From Diplonema japonicum (taxonomy: Eukaryota > Protista > Euglenozoa: Diplonemea): a stretch of DNA of 64,000 nucleotides. This document shows positions 30,230-42,378 of the stretch, one piece after another (position 1 is the first letter of the stretch; the number at the start of each line of letters is the position of its first letter). The notes below the pieces were generated by a model. That model ran no database searches. It saw only the letters and a list, made by a program, of their open reading frames with translations, and was not told the origin of the DNA. The translations under genes and the position numbers were made by a program. The stretch is taken from the NCBI GenBank assembly GCA_964019335.1, contig OZ025715.1:1-64000 (forward strand), given 5' to 3'.

Positions 30230-31854
30230 TTTTGATGGCACCTTCTTTGAGCTGCAGAGAAAAGAACCCCAAGCTTGCAAGCAAGAACAAAGACCTGGAA
30301 CATAAGAAAGAACTGCTGTCAACCTTGGAACACAAGCTTGACATGGAAAAGCGAAAAGGACGAGCAAAAGAAGAGCAGCTTGACGTGTACAAGTTGAAGT
30401 TGGAGAAAAGTAGAGGCGACCCGAAAGCGAAAGACTCACGCAGCACTCCAGACTGGGGTCATGAAGTGATCTCCATAAACAGCACACACGAGAACAGATC
30501 GAAGATAGAGCGGCAAGTGAAGGTGTTGGAAAACAGGCTGGACAGAGCGTTGGTCAAGTTCAACGAAGCACTACACATCAACAAGCAGCTGCGTGAACAG
30601 ATTGACAACCTGAGGAGGGAAAGGAGTGTATTCGACGCCATTTACAAGAAGCTCGAGAAAGAGCTGCAGGAAAGGAAGAAGGAGATGGCCTTCATCATCG
30701 AGGTCTCGAACATCGCATACGAGGAAAAGGACAATGCAATCAGCGAACTCGAACAGCTGAAACTATATGCGAAGAAGGAGATGGAGAGCTTCAACGAGAC
30801 ATTCAAAGAACTCGACGAACTGTTGGAAGAAGACAGAAAGATGAAGGAGGCTATCAAGGCGAGGATGAACGAGAGAAAAGAGAAGCAAGCTTCCGAGTCG
30901 AAAGGTGCAAAGGACGAAGCAGCTATCAGGAAGAGGCTCCTGCAGCAACACCAAAAACCGCAAGCAGCGTCGCCCCCCTCGGCATCACAGTCGCAGCCAG
31001 ATGGGCAGATGACACTTGCCATGTACGAAGATGCCTTTCAGAAGATCCGCCAAGCCACACAGTGCGAGGACATTAGCAAGCTGGTGACTACGTTCTTGCA
31101 CAGCGAAGATGACAACTTTTCTCTTTTCAACTACGTCAATGAGCTCAACGGGGAGCTGGACCAACTGGAAGAGCAGAAGGCTGCCTACGTCCGTGAGATC
31201 GAGAAGGTCAAGGGTAACACCGGCAACCACGCAGACCTACAGAGGCAGAAGGTGCTCAAGGTATGTTGTAAAATAGCAAACACAATATCATCTTCACAGA
31301 ATCTTGAAGTACAGCTCAAGGAGGCGGAAGGGCAGAACTACAAGTATCGCGAGAACCTCGAGACCACACAAAAAGTTCTTGATGAGGTATTTAGCACGTG
31401 CAACACAACACACAACACACAGATTATGGCGCTCGTTGAAGTTGTGTTCGCTAAGTTGGACTGTCCTACTGACAAGATTGTAGGTCAATGTGGAGTGAGT
31501 GAAAAGGGCACTCCAGTTGGACCAAACTCAAGCAATCTTCTTCTGTATTTGGCCGCGATAGAACTAAGGACCGATGAGTTCCTCAGAGCGTGGCACAAGC
31601 AGGAGGCCCCTGGTGGGCAGGCCCATGTCATGCGCGGCCCGGCGAAGCCTTTCGGGCAGACGCAGATCCAGATCGACATCCCGTCCACGGGTGACGACTA
31701 CAACGACGACGATGACGATGATGAAGGTACCCATGTCATGTCGCGTGATGAGCTGGTTGAGAAGTCCCTGAAGAGGATCAAGCTCCAGCAAGCACAGACA
31801 GAAAAGGGGAAGTACACCACGAAGTGGGGGAAATCCAAACCTGTCAAAAAATGA
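29869..31854 (+). CDS. ODA1: Outer dynein arm docking complex subunit DC2 (ODA1/CCDC114/CCDC63 family)
   Basis: VLENRLDRALVKFNEALHINKQLREQIDNLRRER, SNIAYEE, EDDNFSLFNYVNELN. Introns 29917-29948, 30024-30059, 30135-30222, 31261-31299, 31387-31422. Confidence 0.88.
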
Positions 31855-32182
31855 TACGCCTTATTGTTTCCAAACCCCTCTTATTATGCCTATTGTATGC
31901 GTACCGTGGTTGCGTCCAAGACAGAACACCCCGTCCTGAAGAAGGACGAGATCCATCTACTCGATGACGCAGCCGCGAGTACTAAAGGACTGCTGGCTTC
32001 CTGCGTGCGTCTTCCAGCCACACTCCTCCCTGTCTTATACCTAATATGCATATGGTCCGTGTTAGTAGTGACCCTATATCCCCTGTCTGTATCCTTCTAG
32101 TTTAGTCTTCTTTGGTGCATTCTTGCTTTGCTTGTGCTGTTGTCAAATTATTTGAGTTTTCGTTCAGTTAACAAAATAAAAA

Positions 32183-33613
32183 ATGCAAAAAATCGATCCT
32201 AAGTACCTTACACCCGACTCTGTCCAGAAGGCTGTGGCATGGTGTGTTACAAACGGATTGACCGTTGCAAGAGGGCAGGGCGGTTATGACCACTGCCCTG
32301 TCATGTTGAGTGGGACACCTTTCCCTAAAGATCAACTCGAGTTAGGGAAGAGCCTATCCGAAGCGTTTAACACCATCGTTGACAAATGTGCAAGGGACAA
32401 GGAGTTCATAAAGAAGAGCCTGTCCAAGACCGCAGAGGCTGATCCCTTCACGGGGAAGTTGCTGGATATCTATGAAGAAGTGTACGGCAAGGACCGCGAC
32501 ACACAGAAATACATGATGGGGATCCACAGGTCCGACTACATGCTGGACGCCACGGACAAGGACGCACAGCACATCAAGCAGATCGAGATCAACACCATCG
32601 CTTCCGCCTTCGGAGGGCTGTCGCCACTTACCAACAAGTTCCATACATATATGTCGGGGAACGTGGGTGTGAGTGAAGCCGAACAACCAGTAAGCTGGAG
32701 TGACAAAGCTATTCCAGAGGTGATGGCGAAGGCAGTTGAGGTGGGTTGCCCCGGGTCGGTGGCATTGTTCATAGTGCAGGAAGGTGAGAGGAACACATCA
32801 GACCAGAGAATCCTCGAGCAGAACTTGTGGTCCATGCACAAAGTGCGCACCATCCGCAAATCCCTTCAGCAGGTAGCTACTGAGGGCAAGATTGACTCTG
32901 AGGGGTATCTTGCGATAAGTGGTGAGAGGTGCGGGATGGTATACTACCGCGCTGGGTATGGTCCTGGAGACTACCCCACCGACGCTTGCTGGACCGCAAG
33001 GATGATGATCGAGGAGTCCAGGGCTGTGAAGTGCCCGTCGGTGCCGTACCAGCTGATCGGAACCAAAAAGGTTCAACAGCTGTTGTGCGACTCGGAGATT
33101 TTGAAGAAGTACTGTCCTGCCGAGAAGCTGGAATCTGTACTTTCCGTCTTTGCTCAGATGAGCGGTTTGGAGGATGCACCGAAGCAGAACGCAGTCATCG
33201 CCGCAGCCATCGAGAACCCCGCGGACTGGTTGCTGAAGCCACAACGCGAGGGTGGCGGCTCGTTGATTTTTGACGAGGCAATGGTGCAAGTACTGAAGAA
33301 CCTGACGCTCCCTCAGAGAGCAGAGTTCATCTTGATGAAGAAGATCCGCCCTCCTGCCTTCCCTTCTGCTGTGCTGAGGAGTGAACAGCTTCACGAAGAT
33401 ACCTTCATCTCAGAATTAGGCATCTATGGCACTTACCTCGGCAACGGTGAATCCCTTCACAACGAGGTATGGGTGATTGCAAAATAATAAAAAAAAATAA
33501 GAACATTCACATAACAGTGTGGTGGCTTCTTGCTACGTTCTAAACCAGAGCACCAGCCTGACGGAGGGGTCGCTGCAGGGGTCGCTGCCCTCGACTCGCC
33601 GGTTCCGTATTAG
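32183..33613 (+). CDS. GSS: Glutathione synthetase (eukaryotic type)
   Basis: IHRSDYM, KQIEINTIAS, YYRAGY, TKKVQQ, LKPQREGGG, SELGIYG. Intron 33467-33517 restores the C-terminal GFLLRSK...GGVAAG...DSP. Confidence 0.95.
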
Positions 33614-33871
33614 TAGCCAAACTAAGATTTGCCAATAAAAAACATTGAAGCCTTTCGTTGCCATGGTTGTTTTTGATGGTAGTTTGTTTTTCGTGTTCGT
33701 GCACCACCATGACGAAGTCCTCACCAGCAATGCTCATGCCTGGGGGCCAGCATGCCTGGGGCTGGGGGCCAGTTGTGCATTACACGAGTTTTTTGTCTCC
33801 ATCCTTAGTTACTATTTACCACATGTTATCCGTAACACCATCTGCAGACCACATGAACAGTCAGGCTCCTG

Positions 33872-35383
33872 ATGGGTGTCCAAGGGCTTCGTGATTTGAT
33901 ACAAAGGAAGTATAGGGGACATGTAGGTGTGGCGAGTGGTGCCAGGGAAGGCTTCGATGTTGTTGCTATAGAGATAAACCCTCTGCTGCATAGCATGGTC
34001 GATACGAGTGTTGGAGACAAGTGCAGGAGGTTAGCAGAGTTGTTAGATGAGCTTACGGCAACATGCTCACTTCTAGAAGGGGCGAGGGTTGGGCTGTTCC
34101 TTGATGGGCCCGCGCCAGTGGGGAAGCTCCCTGTGCAGCGAACAAGGCGTGTGAAATACTGCACCAGCAGGCTTGATATCACACCTGGTACGACCTTCAT
34201 GGATGCTGTGGTTGAGGCACTGCTCGCATGGGCGGCAAGGACGTGTGAAAAGCGCGAAGACATTTCAGTTCTGGTTAGTTCCGCAAGGGTACCTGGCGAG
34301 GGTGAGACTAAGCTTATCAGGTGGATCAGGTCAGCGGAAATAGTTATCCAAAAGACCTCCCGCATCTGCTGTATAGGTGGCGACACCGACCTTCTCCTTG
34401 CAGCGCTGAGCCAGAGCCACCTGCACAATGTACTGGTCTACGACTCTATCGCACGAACAGCCACCAACCTGGGCACCATGGCATTCCATCTCACAAACCA
34501 CACCGCATGCGCACCCATAGTAGCAGTCACCGCTGCAAAGCTCGACTTCGCCGCTCTCAGCTTTTTCAATGGCAGTGACTACCTCCCTGCACTGCCATGC
34601 TTCGACACCACAGGAAGCTGGGCCGCATACTGCAAAAAGAAAACACCTCTAATATCAGATACAGACTTCTCCGTGAACCTACCTCTTCTCAGGTCAGTAC
34701 TTAAAAAAAAGGAAACCGGTCTTAAGAAGAAAAAAAAGAAGCGTGGAGGGGGAAACCCTAAGAAGTACCTTCTCACGTGGTTATGGAGTGTAAAGATGCT
34801 AGTGACGGGCACCTGTCCTTCTTACCGCCACTGCTACAGCTCGCTGCCTCCTGATTTCGACGAAATTATCGTGTTCCTGAAGAAGATGGAAGAGAAGTGC
34901 GAACTTTTGGAGATCCCGAGTAACGCAAACGACCTCCCCCCAACTCCCCTTCAATACCTGGCTTGCACCCTGCCGTGTGAGCACTACACCAACTACCTTC
35001 CTAAGAATGTTGCAAAGGCCATGTTGTCACAAGAAATCAGTCTCAGCGATTCTGGGGCTTCTGCTGATGAGGTCGTCTCTATTGTGGAGCAGTGCTTCGA
35101 TGATGCTGGCCGCAAAAGTAGCGGGTTCGAGAAGGAGGTCCGCGTCACCAGCACTTCAAAGGAGCGTATCAGCAGCAGCCCCTGTTCTGTCAATAGATTG
35201 CAGCACACGGATCCTGTAGCCTTCAGTGCACTCCTGGGTGTCGGCGACCCATGGACGAGCGAAAGCCTTGTACAGCAAAATGAAGTAACGGCCATTCCTC
35301 TCAAGGAATCCCTCAGGCCTCAGACAGGCATCTGTGCTGTTGCAGCTGTTCTTCTTGCGTTGACTCTCGGAGCCTTTCTGTAG
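33872..35383 (+). CDS. Divergent XRN-family 5'-3' exoribonuclease with C-terminal hydrophobic anchor
   Basis: MGV, LDGPAPVGKLPVQRTRR, ITPGTTFM, VPGEGETKL, GGDTDL, GSDYLP. C-terminus GICAVAAVLLALTLGAFL. Confidence 0.85.
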   Translation: MGVQGLRDLIQRKYRGHVGVASGAREGFDVVAIEINPLLHSMVDTSVGDKCRRLAELLDELTATCSLLEGARVGLFLDGPAPVGKLPVQRTRRVKYCTSRLDITPGTTFMDAVVEALLAWAARTCEKREDISVLVSSARVPGEGETKLIRWIRSAEIVIQKTSRICCIGGDTDLLLAALSQSHLHNVLVYDSIARTATNLGTMAFHLTNHTACAPIVAVTAAKLDFAALSFFNGSDYLPALPCFDTTGSWAAYCKKKTPLISDTDFSVNLPLLRSVLKKKETGLKKKKKKRGGGNPKKYLLTWLWSVKMLVTGTCPSYRHCYSSLPPDFDEIIVFLKKMEEKCELLEIPSNANDLPPTPLQYLACTLPCEHYTNYLPKNVAKAMLSQEISLSDSGASADEVVSIVEQCFDDAGRKSSGFEKEVRVTSTSKERISSSPCSVNRLQHTDPVAFSALLGVGDPWTSESLVQQNEVTAIPLKESLRPQTGICAVAAVLLALTLGAFL

Positions 35384-35449
35384 TTTGACACCCCGTTATT
35401 TGTCAAGTCACTTTTTATTACACGTCCACCTTAACCATTCCACTGCAGA

Positions 35450-36799
35450 ATGCCCACGTTCCTTGAAGCTGTGAGGGCAAAGTACTTGCCTTCAAAAGAT
35501 GACGTCGTCTCCAATGAGGAAGAGCTCATCGTTGCTGACGAAGGACAGAAGGAGACGAAGAAGTGGATCATGGTGGGGATGGACAAACTGAAGAAGAAGA
35601 CGATGCAGTTAGACAAATTAGTTAACATCGCCGTGGGAGGCGAAGATGTCGACCAGGTAGGGGACAGTGCTGAGGTCACTGCAGCGCTCCCTGTGCTGAA
35701 GCATCTAGATCTTGCAGGCTCGCCTTTCAAAGGATGGGAAATCCCTGCGGGCATCACTGCAGCCTTGCCGACGCTTGTTCATCTTGACCTCTCGCAAGTG
35801 CCCCTCCAAGGCGCTCTGCCATCGCCTGTTCTCTCCAAGCTGAAGACGCTCATCTTGAACAACACTGATATCACATGGAAGGAGATCTGCGACATGTCTG
35901 CAGGCGGCGGACTGCAGGGGCTAGAGGTACTTCACCTGGACAGCAACGCCATGGTGTCGCTCGAGGGCACTGCCGAGCTGCCGAACGTGTCGTACATTAG
36001 TTTCATCAAGAACAACATTAGTAACTGGGACGGCGTGGCACACCTGCTGGAGACTTGCCCTGTCAGGGAGCTGGTCTTAGATAGCAATGAGTTGCAGGAT
36101 CCAAGTGATGGGATTTGCGAAAGGATGGTGAAGTCGAACCTGACGGCGCTGACGGTGAGCAACAATAAGATGACGTCGATGGCGTGGCTGAAGGTACTGG
36201 GCACATCGCAGAAGCTCACATCTCTGAAACTTAGTTACCCTGTGTTGCCAGGGATTGCACCAAACCACGTGAGGCTCCTTGTGATCGCAGAAGTGCCAAG
36301 CTTACTGTCCTTGAACGCCAGCAGCGTCGGCACCAAGGAGAGAGGAGAAGCAGAGAAGTTCTACCTCCTCCGTGCCTACGGGACCCTCCCCCAGGGCACA
36401 AAGCACAGCGATGACTGCAGCGACCTTTCAGCTGAATTCCTTGCGACACATCACTACTACAAGGAATACGTGAAGAAGTGGCATAATCCGAGCACGACAC
36501 AGGCAGCAGGGGGGGGAGCTTCCCTAGGCGGCACTGTGGAGATCACCTTGAGGGACGTCACTAAAAGCGACAAGTACAAGCCAGACATGCAGAGGTCCCT
36601 TCCAGTGTCTATCAAAGTGGCTCAGCTGAAGGCAGTCATTAAGGCAGCGTACCAAATACCGCCCACCGAACAGTGCCTCACTTACAAGTCCCTGGAACAC
36701 GAGATCCCCATTCCCACGCCGCTTGACAACGATCTCGAGTCCTTACTTTACTACGGTATCGCAGGGGGCAAGGGGCTCATCGAAGTCTGTGCCAAGTGA
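35450..36799 (+). CDS. Tubulin-folding cofactor E-like protein (LRR + C-terminal Ubl, no CAP-Gly)
   Basis: TFLEAVRAKY N-terminus, LRRs, LNASSVGTKERGEAEKFYL, C-terminal LDNDLESLLYYGI ubiquitin-like domain. Confidence 0.8.
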   Translation: MPTFLEAVRAKYLPSKDDVVSNEEELIVADEGQKETKKWIMVGMDKLKKKTMQLDKLVNIAVGGEDVDQVGDSAEVTAALPVLKHLDLAGSPFKGWEIPAGITAALPTLVHLDLSQVPLQGALPSPVLSKLKTLILNNTDITWKEICDMSAGGGLQGLEVLHLDSNAMVSLEGTAELPNVSYISFIKNNISNWDGVAHLLETCPVRELVLDSNELQDPSDGICERMVKSNLTALTVSNNKMTSMAWLKVLGTSQKLTSLKLSYPVLPGIAPNHVRLLVIAEVPSLLSLNASSVGTKERGEAEKFYLLRAYGTLPQGTKHSDDCSDLSAEFLATHHYYKEYVKKWHNPSTTQAAGGGASLGGTVEITLRDVTKSDKYKPDMQRSLPVSIKVAQLKAVIKAAYQIPPTEQCLTYKSLEHEIPIPTPLDNDLESLLYYGIAGGKGLIEVCAK

Positions 36800-36917
36800 A
36801 AGCGGCAAAGCTCCCTAGCCTCATTGAACATATAGATTAGGTCACAAGCTACAAGTGCCACGAGTGTATTTATTTTAGACAGCAGTAGATCGCAATACAC
36901 ACAAGGAATAGGGAACA

Positions 36918-38833
36918 ATGGCAGATGGCCCCGACACGCTGTCCGTGGTGTCCGATATAGATGGGAAGAGATGCAAGTTGGTCATTAAGAGCGGGCTGCG
37001 GACGCTTACAGTTGCGAACATCAAGAAACACCTTGTGGGACCTACAGGAGTTCCTGTCTGCGACCAGGTGCTTTCCTTCAATGGCGAGGTGCTTGACGAT
37101 AAGCAGACAGGCGAGCAGCTGGGTCTAAGGAAAGGATCGTTGCTGAGGCTGTCAGCTGCTGGTGTGGGCCTGCCACCGCCTCCAGCACCTATGGCTGTGC
37201 AGATACAACAAGTACCTGTGCAACCTGTACAGGCACAGCATGAGCAGGCACCTCCCTATTATTCACCTTCAGAGTCGAGCATGGCGGCACCAACTCACCA
37301 GGTATGCTGCGTAAGTGTAATAAATCACAACAGGTGAGCACCGTGAGCAAAGAGTCGACAGCAGAACCAATGGGACGCCCTTTGCCGGCGCCTTATGCAA
37401 CCATCACCCCCCAGCCTGCAGGGCTCCAACCAGACATGAGGGGAAGGGAGCGTCAAAAGGAAAATGAGCTTTATGACTTGCAGAGGCGTGCGGACGAGAT
37501 GCATGCCGACCGATCTACCCTCAACCAAGCGGGGCTGAGGAACCAACCAGCGCAAGCATACCACCAGCAGCCTGCACACCAGGCACAGCAAACACCTGGA
37601 TACAGTCGCCCCAATCCGGCACGGATCGATCCCATGCTTGCTGGTCCAAACGACTATCAGGTATTAGCAACTTGTCCAAGCAAGCACACACAGGCTGCCC
37701 AAGAGCGAAAACACATTGAGAACCAAGTAGCCCTTTCGCAGCAGATAGAGATGGAAAAGAGCAGATTAAGCCAGATGCAGTCGAACACAACCGAGAGGCA
37801 AGGGAGGCACGAGAGGATGATCAACGGGAGCAGGAGGGAAAGGGAACTGGAGGAGAGGATAGCAGTACTGGAGCAGCACTGTGAGGTATGCAGTGCGTGA
37901 CCCAACGTTACACACAACAGAGGATGCAAGTGGCCAGTGAGACTTCGAAGAATAACGAGGTGGTGATGGAGCAGGTGTGCACGGCTATTCTGTTTCAACT
38001 TATTCCAGAATTTGACGAACTTAGAAAAGCAGCTGAACAACAAACATCAGGAAATCGAAGTCCTACGCGTGAAACTAGCACACGCCGAGGAAAGAAATGC
38101 TGAGATACAGATAGCGACCAACCAAAACGTTTGCGGTCTTGAGTTGGCCAGAAGGAACCTCATTGAGTTTGGTAAGGAGTTAGGCGTGGAGGCAGATCTG
38201 GACTTCGATGAGAACCTCACCTGCGTTGTGGGTGTTGAGCAGAAGTACACAGTGCTCCTGACGTACGACCAGGCTACGGAACGACTATACATGTACTCCA
38301 CGCTCCTCACGTACCTCCCTAAAGATATTCAGGCAAAGTTGAAGTTGTACGAGATCCTTTTAGAAGGTGCCCTTATGGGAAGGGAGATGGCAGGTGGTGG
38401 TGTGGGGCTGAGTATGAAAAACGAGCTACTGCTGATGTCAACTTCGGTTGACCTGAAGCACAGTGACGCCTTTGCCCTGAAGGCTACCGCACCTCACTTT
38501 GTGGACTGCCTTGCGAAGTGGCGGCAGACAGTGAGAGATTTCTTGTCAAGGGACCCACCCGTTCCCTCAGGACAGTCTCCATACCCTATCAGCCACGCCC
38601 CCAGCCAAGGGAGGATCAGTCCCTCTCCCATGGCCCCGTCTCCCGCAAACTACGCAGCAATGTACACTCAGCCACTACACACGCAATCACAACCACCGCA
38701 GCCACAGCCTCAACTCACAACCATAGACACACAAGCTTCTCTTCTTGCACAACAAATAGACGAACAAGAAAGACAAATAGCTCGGCAGCAGCTTCTCATT
38801 GAACGCCAAAGGAAACTGGCAACTACGTCGTGA
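36918..38833 (+). CDS. Ubiquitin-like domain + coiled coil + CesT/Slc1-like type III secretion chaperone domain protein
   Basis: Ubl TVANIKKHL..TGVPVCDQVLSFNG; CesT-like DFDENLTC...ERLYMYSTLL..LYEILLEGALMGREMAGGGVG. Introns 37302-37333, 37661-37693, 37886-37920, 37975-38008. Confidence 0.85.
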
Positions 38834-39006
38834 GATACTAGACTTAGATCCCCCCCTTTTTTTTAACATTTCATCCCTAGACCTGTGTAAACCTGGTGTG
38901 CCGAAGGACAGGGCGTACTGCTTCAGTACCCACTCGGCAGGCCATTTCAGTATTGTATACATTTGTGCACTGTGTTGTTTTACGCCACAAGCAGGACAGC
39001 AACCAA

Positions 39007-40967
39007 ATGACACAGGAGGTTTCTGTTGACGAGAGGCAAGCAAGAGGCGAGGACAGGGACAAGAAAGGAATTATGCAAAGAACAAAGTCAAGTGTGCGGC
39101 GGGCAAGGGAGTTTAAGCAATTCGGGGAGGTGGACCTGCTCGACGTAGATGCTGGCGACGGGTTCGACCTCCTGCAGCACCCTAAGAAAGAGGGCAAGGA
39201 CAAAGACAGCGGGAAGGAAGTACTTGCAGATTCCACCATGACTAATGCCCCTTCTGCCACACTCACTTTCAAGAAGCCTCTCTCCACCATTAGTGGCGCC
39301 CAGCGATCGCACACCAAGGAGAAAGTCCTTGCGGGTGCTTCCAAGGCATCGACAACCACCTTCTCCTCTGCGCGCAGAACAGCCACTACATCATCCACCT
39401 TCCAAAGAACAGCCACGGACCGCACTTCCAACAAAACCAGGCATGCCGACCCTATCGTAGCCAGCAGCAAGAAGGTAGCGGGCCAAAAGGGAAAAGCCTC
39501 ATCACAGATCGGCGAGATGAAGGAAGAGCTGATGAAGCTGAAGCACTCTCTGACAGAGGCACAAGATTCCCACCAAGAAAAAGAGCAAAAATGGAAAATG
39601 GAACGAGAAGGCCTCGTCTCTGGCATGCGAAGCGGTATGGCTTGCGTTGACACACCATCACACCATCACAGGAGGGAGAGAAATGGAGCGGGTAAGCGGG
39701 GAGCTTACGTCGGCACAAACGGAGCTGAAGGAGGCACTTGCGGAAACAGAAGTCCATAAAAAAGAAAGCGAAACAGCAATACAAAAACTGCAAGAGGTAT
39801 TCTATAACACAGACAACATTTTGACAGGCGCAAACTGCTCTTGCTGAATCGGAAAACAGGGAACGCGAAGTGAAGGCAGCGAATGCAGCCCGAGAGCATG
39901 AGCTGAAAGCAGTGAATGCAGCTCGAGAGCATGAGCTGAAGGCAGTGAATGCGGCTTTGGAGGAGAAAATAGCTGTGCTGACGAAGGCTAAGCAAACTGC
40001 GGTAGAGCAAGAGCACCTTGCGGTGGCCAGGGTCCAGTGCATGGTCGGCTCACATCAGGAGCTTGCGCGGCGTGCCGAGCTGGAGAGGACGACGCACCAG
40101 ACGGAGACACGCGCATTGGAAGCTGTCGTCAACAAGCTGACATCCTCCGTTGAAAAGCTCACATTGAACCTGAAGAAAGAGCAGGGCACAACACAGACAG
40201 CACGGCGTTCATTGGAAGCAGTGGAAGCAGTGAACAAGCGACTGGAAGCGGAGAAAGTACGCCTCGAGGGGACGGTACAGTCACAGGAACTAACATTGGA
40301 GAGGTCGCTGTCCACCCCCGTCGCCTCGCCTGGTCCTCTCTTCAAACCGCGTGCAGGCAGCGACACGGAAGAACTATGGGCGGTCATCAATGACATGGAG
40401 GCTGCAAAGAAAGACGCTGAAGAGAAGCACCAGGAGGAGCTGGGGAAACACACCGCAGAGAATGAGGAGATGTGGGCGGAATGCGAACGGCTGTCATCTG
40501 AGGTCGAGACTCTGAAACTGGAACTTATAGAAGCAGCTGCTTCTGTAGTTAGCGCAAATGAGAAAATCAAGTCATTAGACAAGGAGAACGAAGAAGTACC
40601 CGTGAGTGAAGAAACACCTATGAAGGAAGAAAGAAGAATAGATAGCCCACAGAACGTGTTCGAATACACAGAACCGGCACCCTTGAAGTCGTCCTCGCTG
40701 GCAGGGAAGCAGACGCGTTTTGGATTTGTACCGATGAAAGTGTTGTGTAACCCAGAGACACCGACCTCCTCGCGAACAGCAACGCCTTCCCCTACGCTGC
40801 CCGCAAGGCCTTCCATTGCAGACAGGAGACGCGATCTGCAGCAGGCGAGAAACGCACGAAAGGCGGAAGCAGGCCCGACGCTGGCAAGACAGCAGAGTAC
40901 TGTGTTCGATTCAATCATGGACGAAATGGGCGCCATGAAGAAGAACACACCCATGTCCCCTAGATAG
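39007..40967 (+). CDS. Coiled-coil protein with disordered Ser/Thr-rich ends
   Basis: Introns 39635-39671 and 39797-39827 join three ORF-track frames. The start could instead be ATG 39073. Confidence 0.75.
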
Positions 40968-41122
40968 ACCCGTACTCCTGTACGGTGTGCCATGCATACC
41001 ACACCTCCATGTTGAGTGCCAAGGGCACCTTTGTTGTAAAAGGCAGTTTGACTTTAGATACATTAGTTTCCGCAATATTAGTAATCCACATGTCGCTGTT
41101 ATTAACCCCCCAGCTCAGTAAC

Positions 41123-42258
41123 ATGTTGAGCACAGTCACCGACTTCTTGCAGGCCTTTGTTGAAGGGGGGCTTGAGACGGACTCAGAAGGGGAGAGCGAG
41201 AATGAAGAGGCGAAACTGGAGAATAGCACCAACAGCACAGGCGAGAAGAAAGCACTGGCCTTACCCTATCCCGGGAAGATCTTGAAGATACCGAAGAGCT
41301 GCTCGCAGATGCCGCCTGTCTCCATGCGGAGAAGGCATCCCGAGCCAGGGTCGAAGCTCACTAGGAAGAACACAGGTTCGAGAAAGCTGCCTGGCGGTGC
41401 AACGCTAGGGCATTGGATCCCTCCCGGGTGTGGATGTTGGTTGGATAGAAACAAACTTATGAAAAGTGTACGAGTTGGGAATAACTTCGTGAGGCCGAAG
41501 TGCATGCTCTCCCCGTGCCAGGTGCACATGTTAGTGGACTCGCTTCCCTTTCATTGCAGGTGGGTGCAGTGGTCTCTCGCATGCTCGACAGACGAACATG
41601 GGTTTTCGTTAAACACGCTGCGCGAGAAGATAGCGAACCGAACGCAGTTCCTGATGGTCATCAAGACGGTGGCAGGGGATGTCTTTGGTGCCTTTCTGTC
41701 GCACGCACCTGACTGGTCGCAGCCAGGGCGGTACATCGGTAGCGCAGGGACATATGTGTGGCGATTCAAGAAAGGGAGCCTGCAGTGCTACCACTGGACA
41801 GAGGAAAACCACTACTTTGTGTCAACAATGACAGACGGCTCCTTCGGTGTAGGAGGGGGGACAGACATGGCTTTTGTATGAACAGTACACAATGCTCAAC
41901 ACAACACAGTTCGTCGACTCGGAGTTGAGGGACGGCAGGACAGGGCCTTGTTCCACTTTCAGCTCCCCGCCCTTGGTAGGCGAGGCAGAGGGCAACACCA
42001 GCTTCACGGTTGCATCGATGGAGGTGTGGGACTTCGACTCTCACCTGCAGCCACTCTCCCCTGCAAACCTGAAGTATGCATCGCAAGCGAACCAACACAC
42101 TACTGCACAGGATATCACTCATCTCCGACCAGTCGGCAGGCTCGCCAGGGGTCTCACCGGCGACCTCCAGCGCAGAACTGGATGACATACAAGATGAATC
42201 TCTCTGCCAGTGGCATCTCCAAGACCCAGAGCACCACATGTGTCTTTTGCAATGTTGA
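41123..42258 (+). CDS. TLDc domain protein (OXR1/NCOA7-like)
   Basis: WSLACSTDEHGFSLNTL, VFGAF, YHWTEENHYF, GVGGG, CSTFSSPPL, EVW. Introns 41876-41909 and 42074-42110. Confidence 0.88.
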
Positions 42259-42378
42259 TTTTATATGTTTCTGTTTGGTTTCCCCCTTTTTTTTTCTTTT
42301 TTTTTTTTTAAAGTAGACTGCCTAGGCGCCAACACTAGCCTCCCTTATCTCTTTAAAAAAACTTTTTTTTTTAAAATA

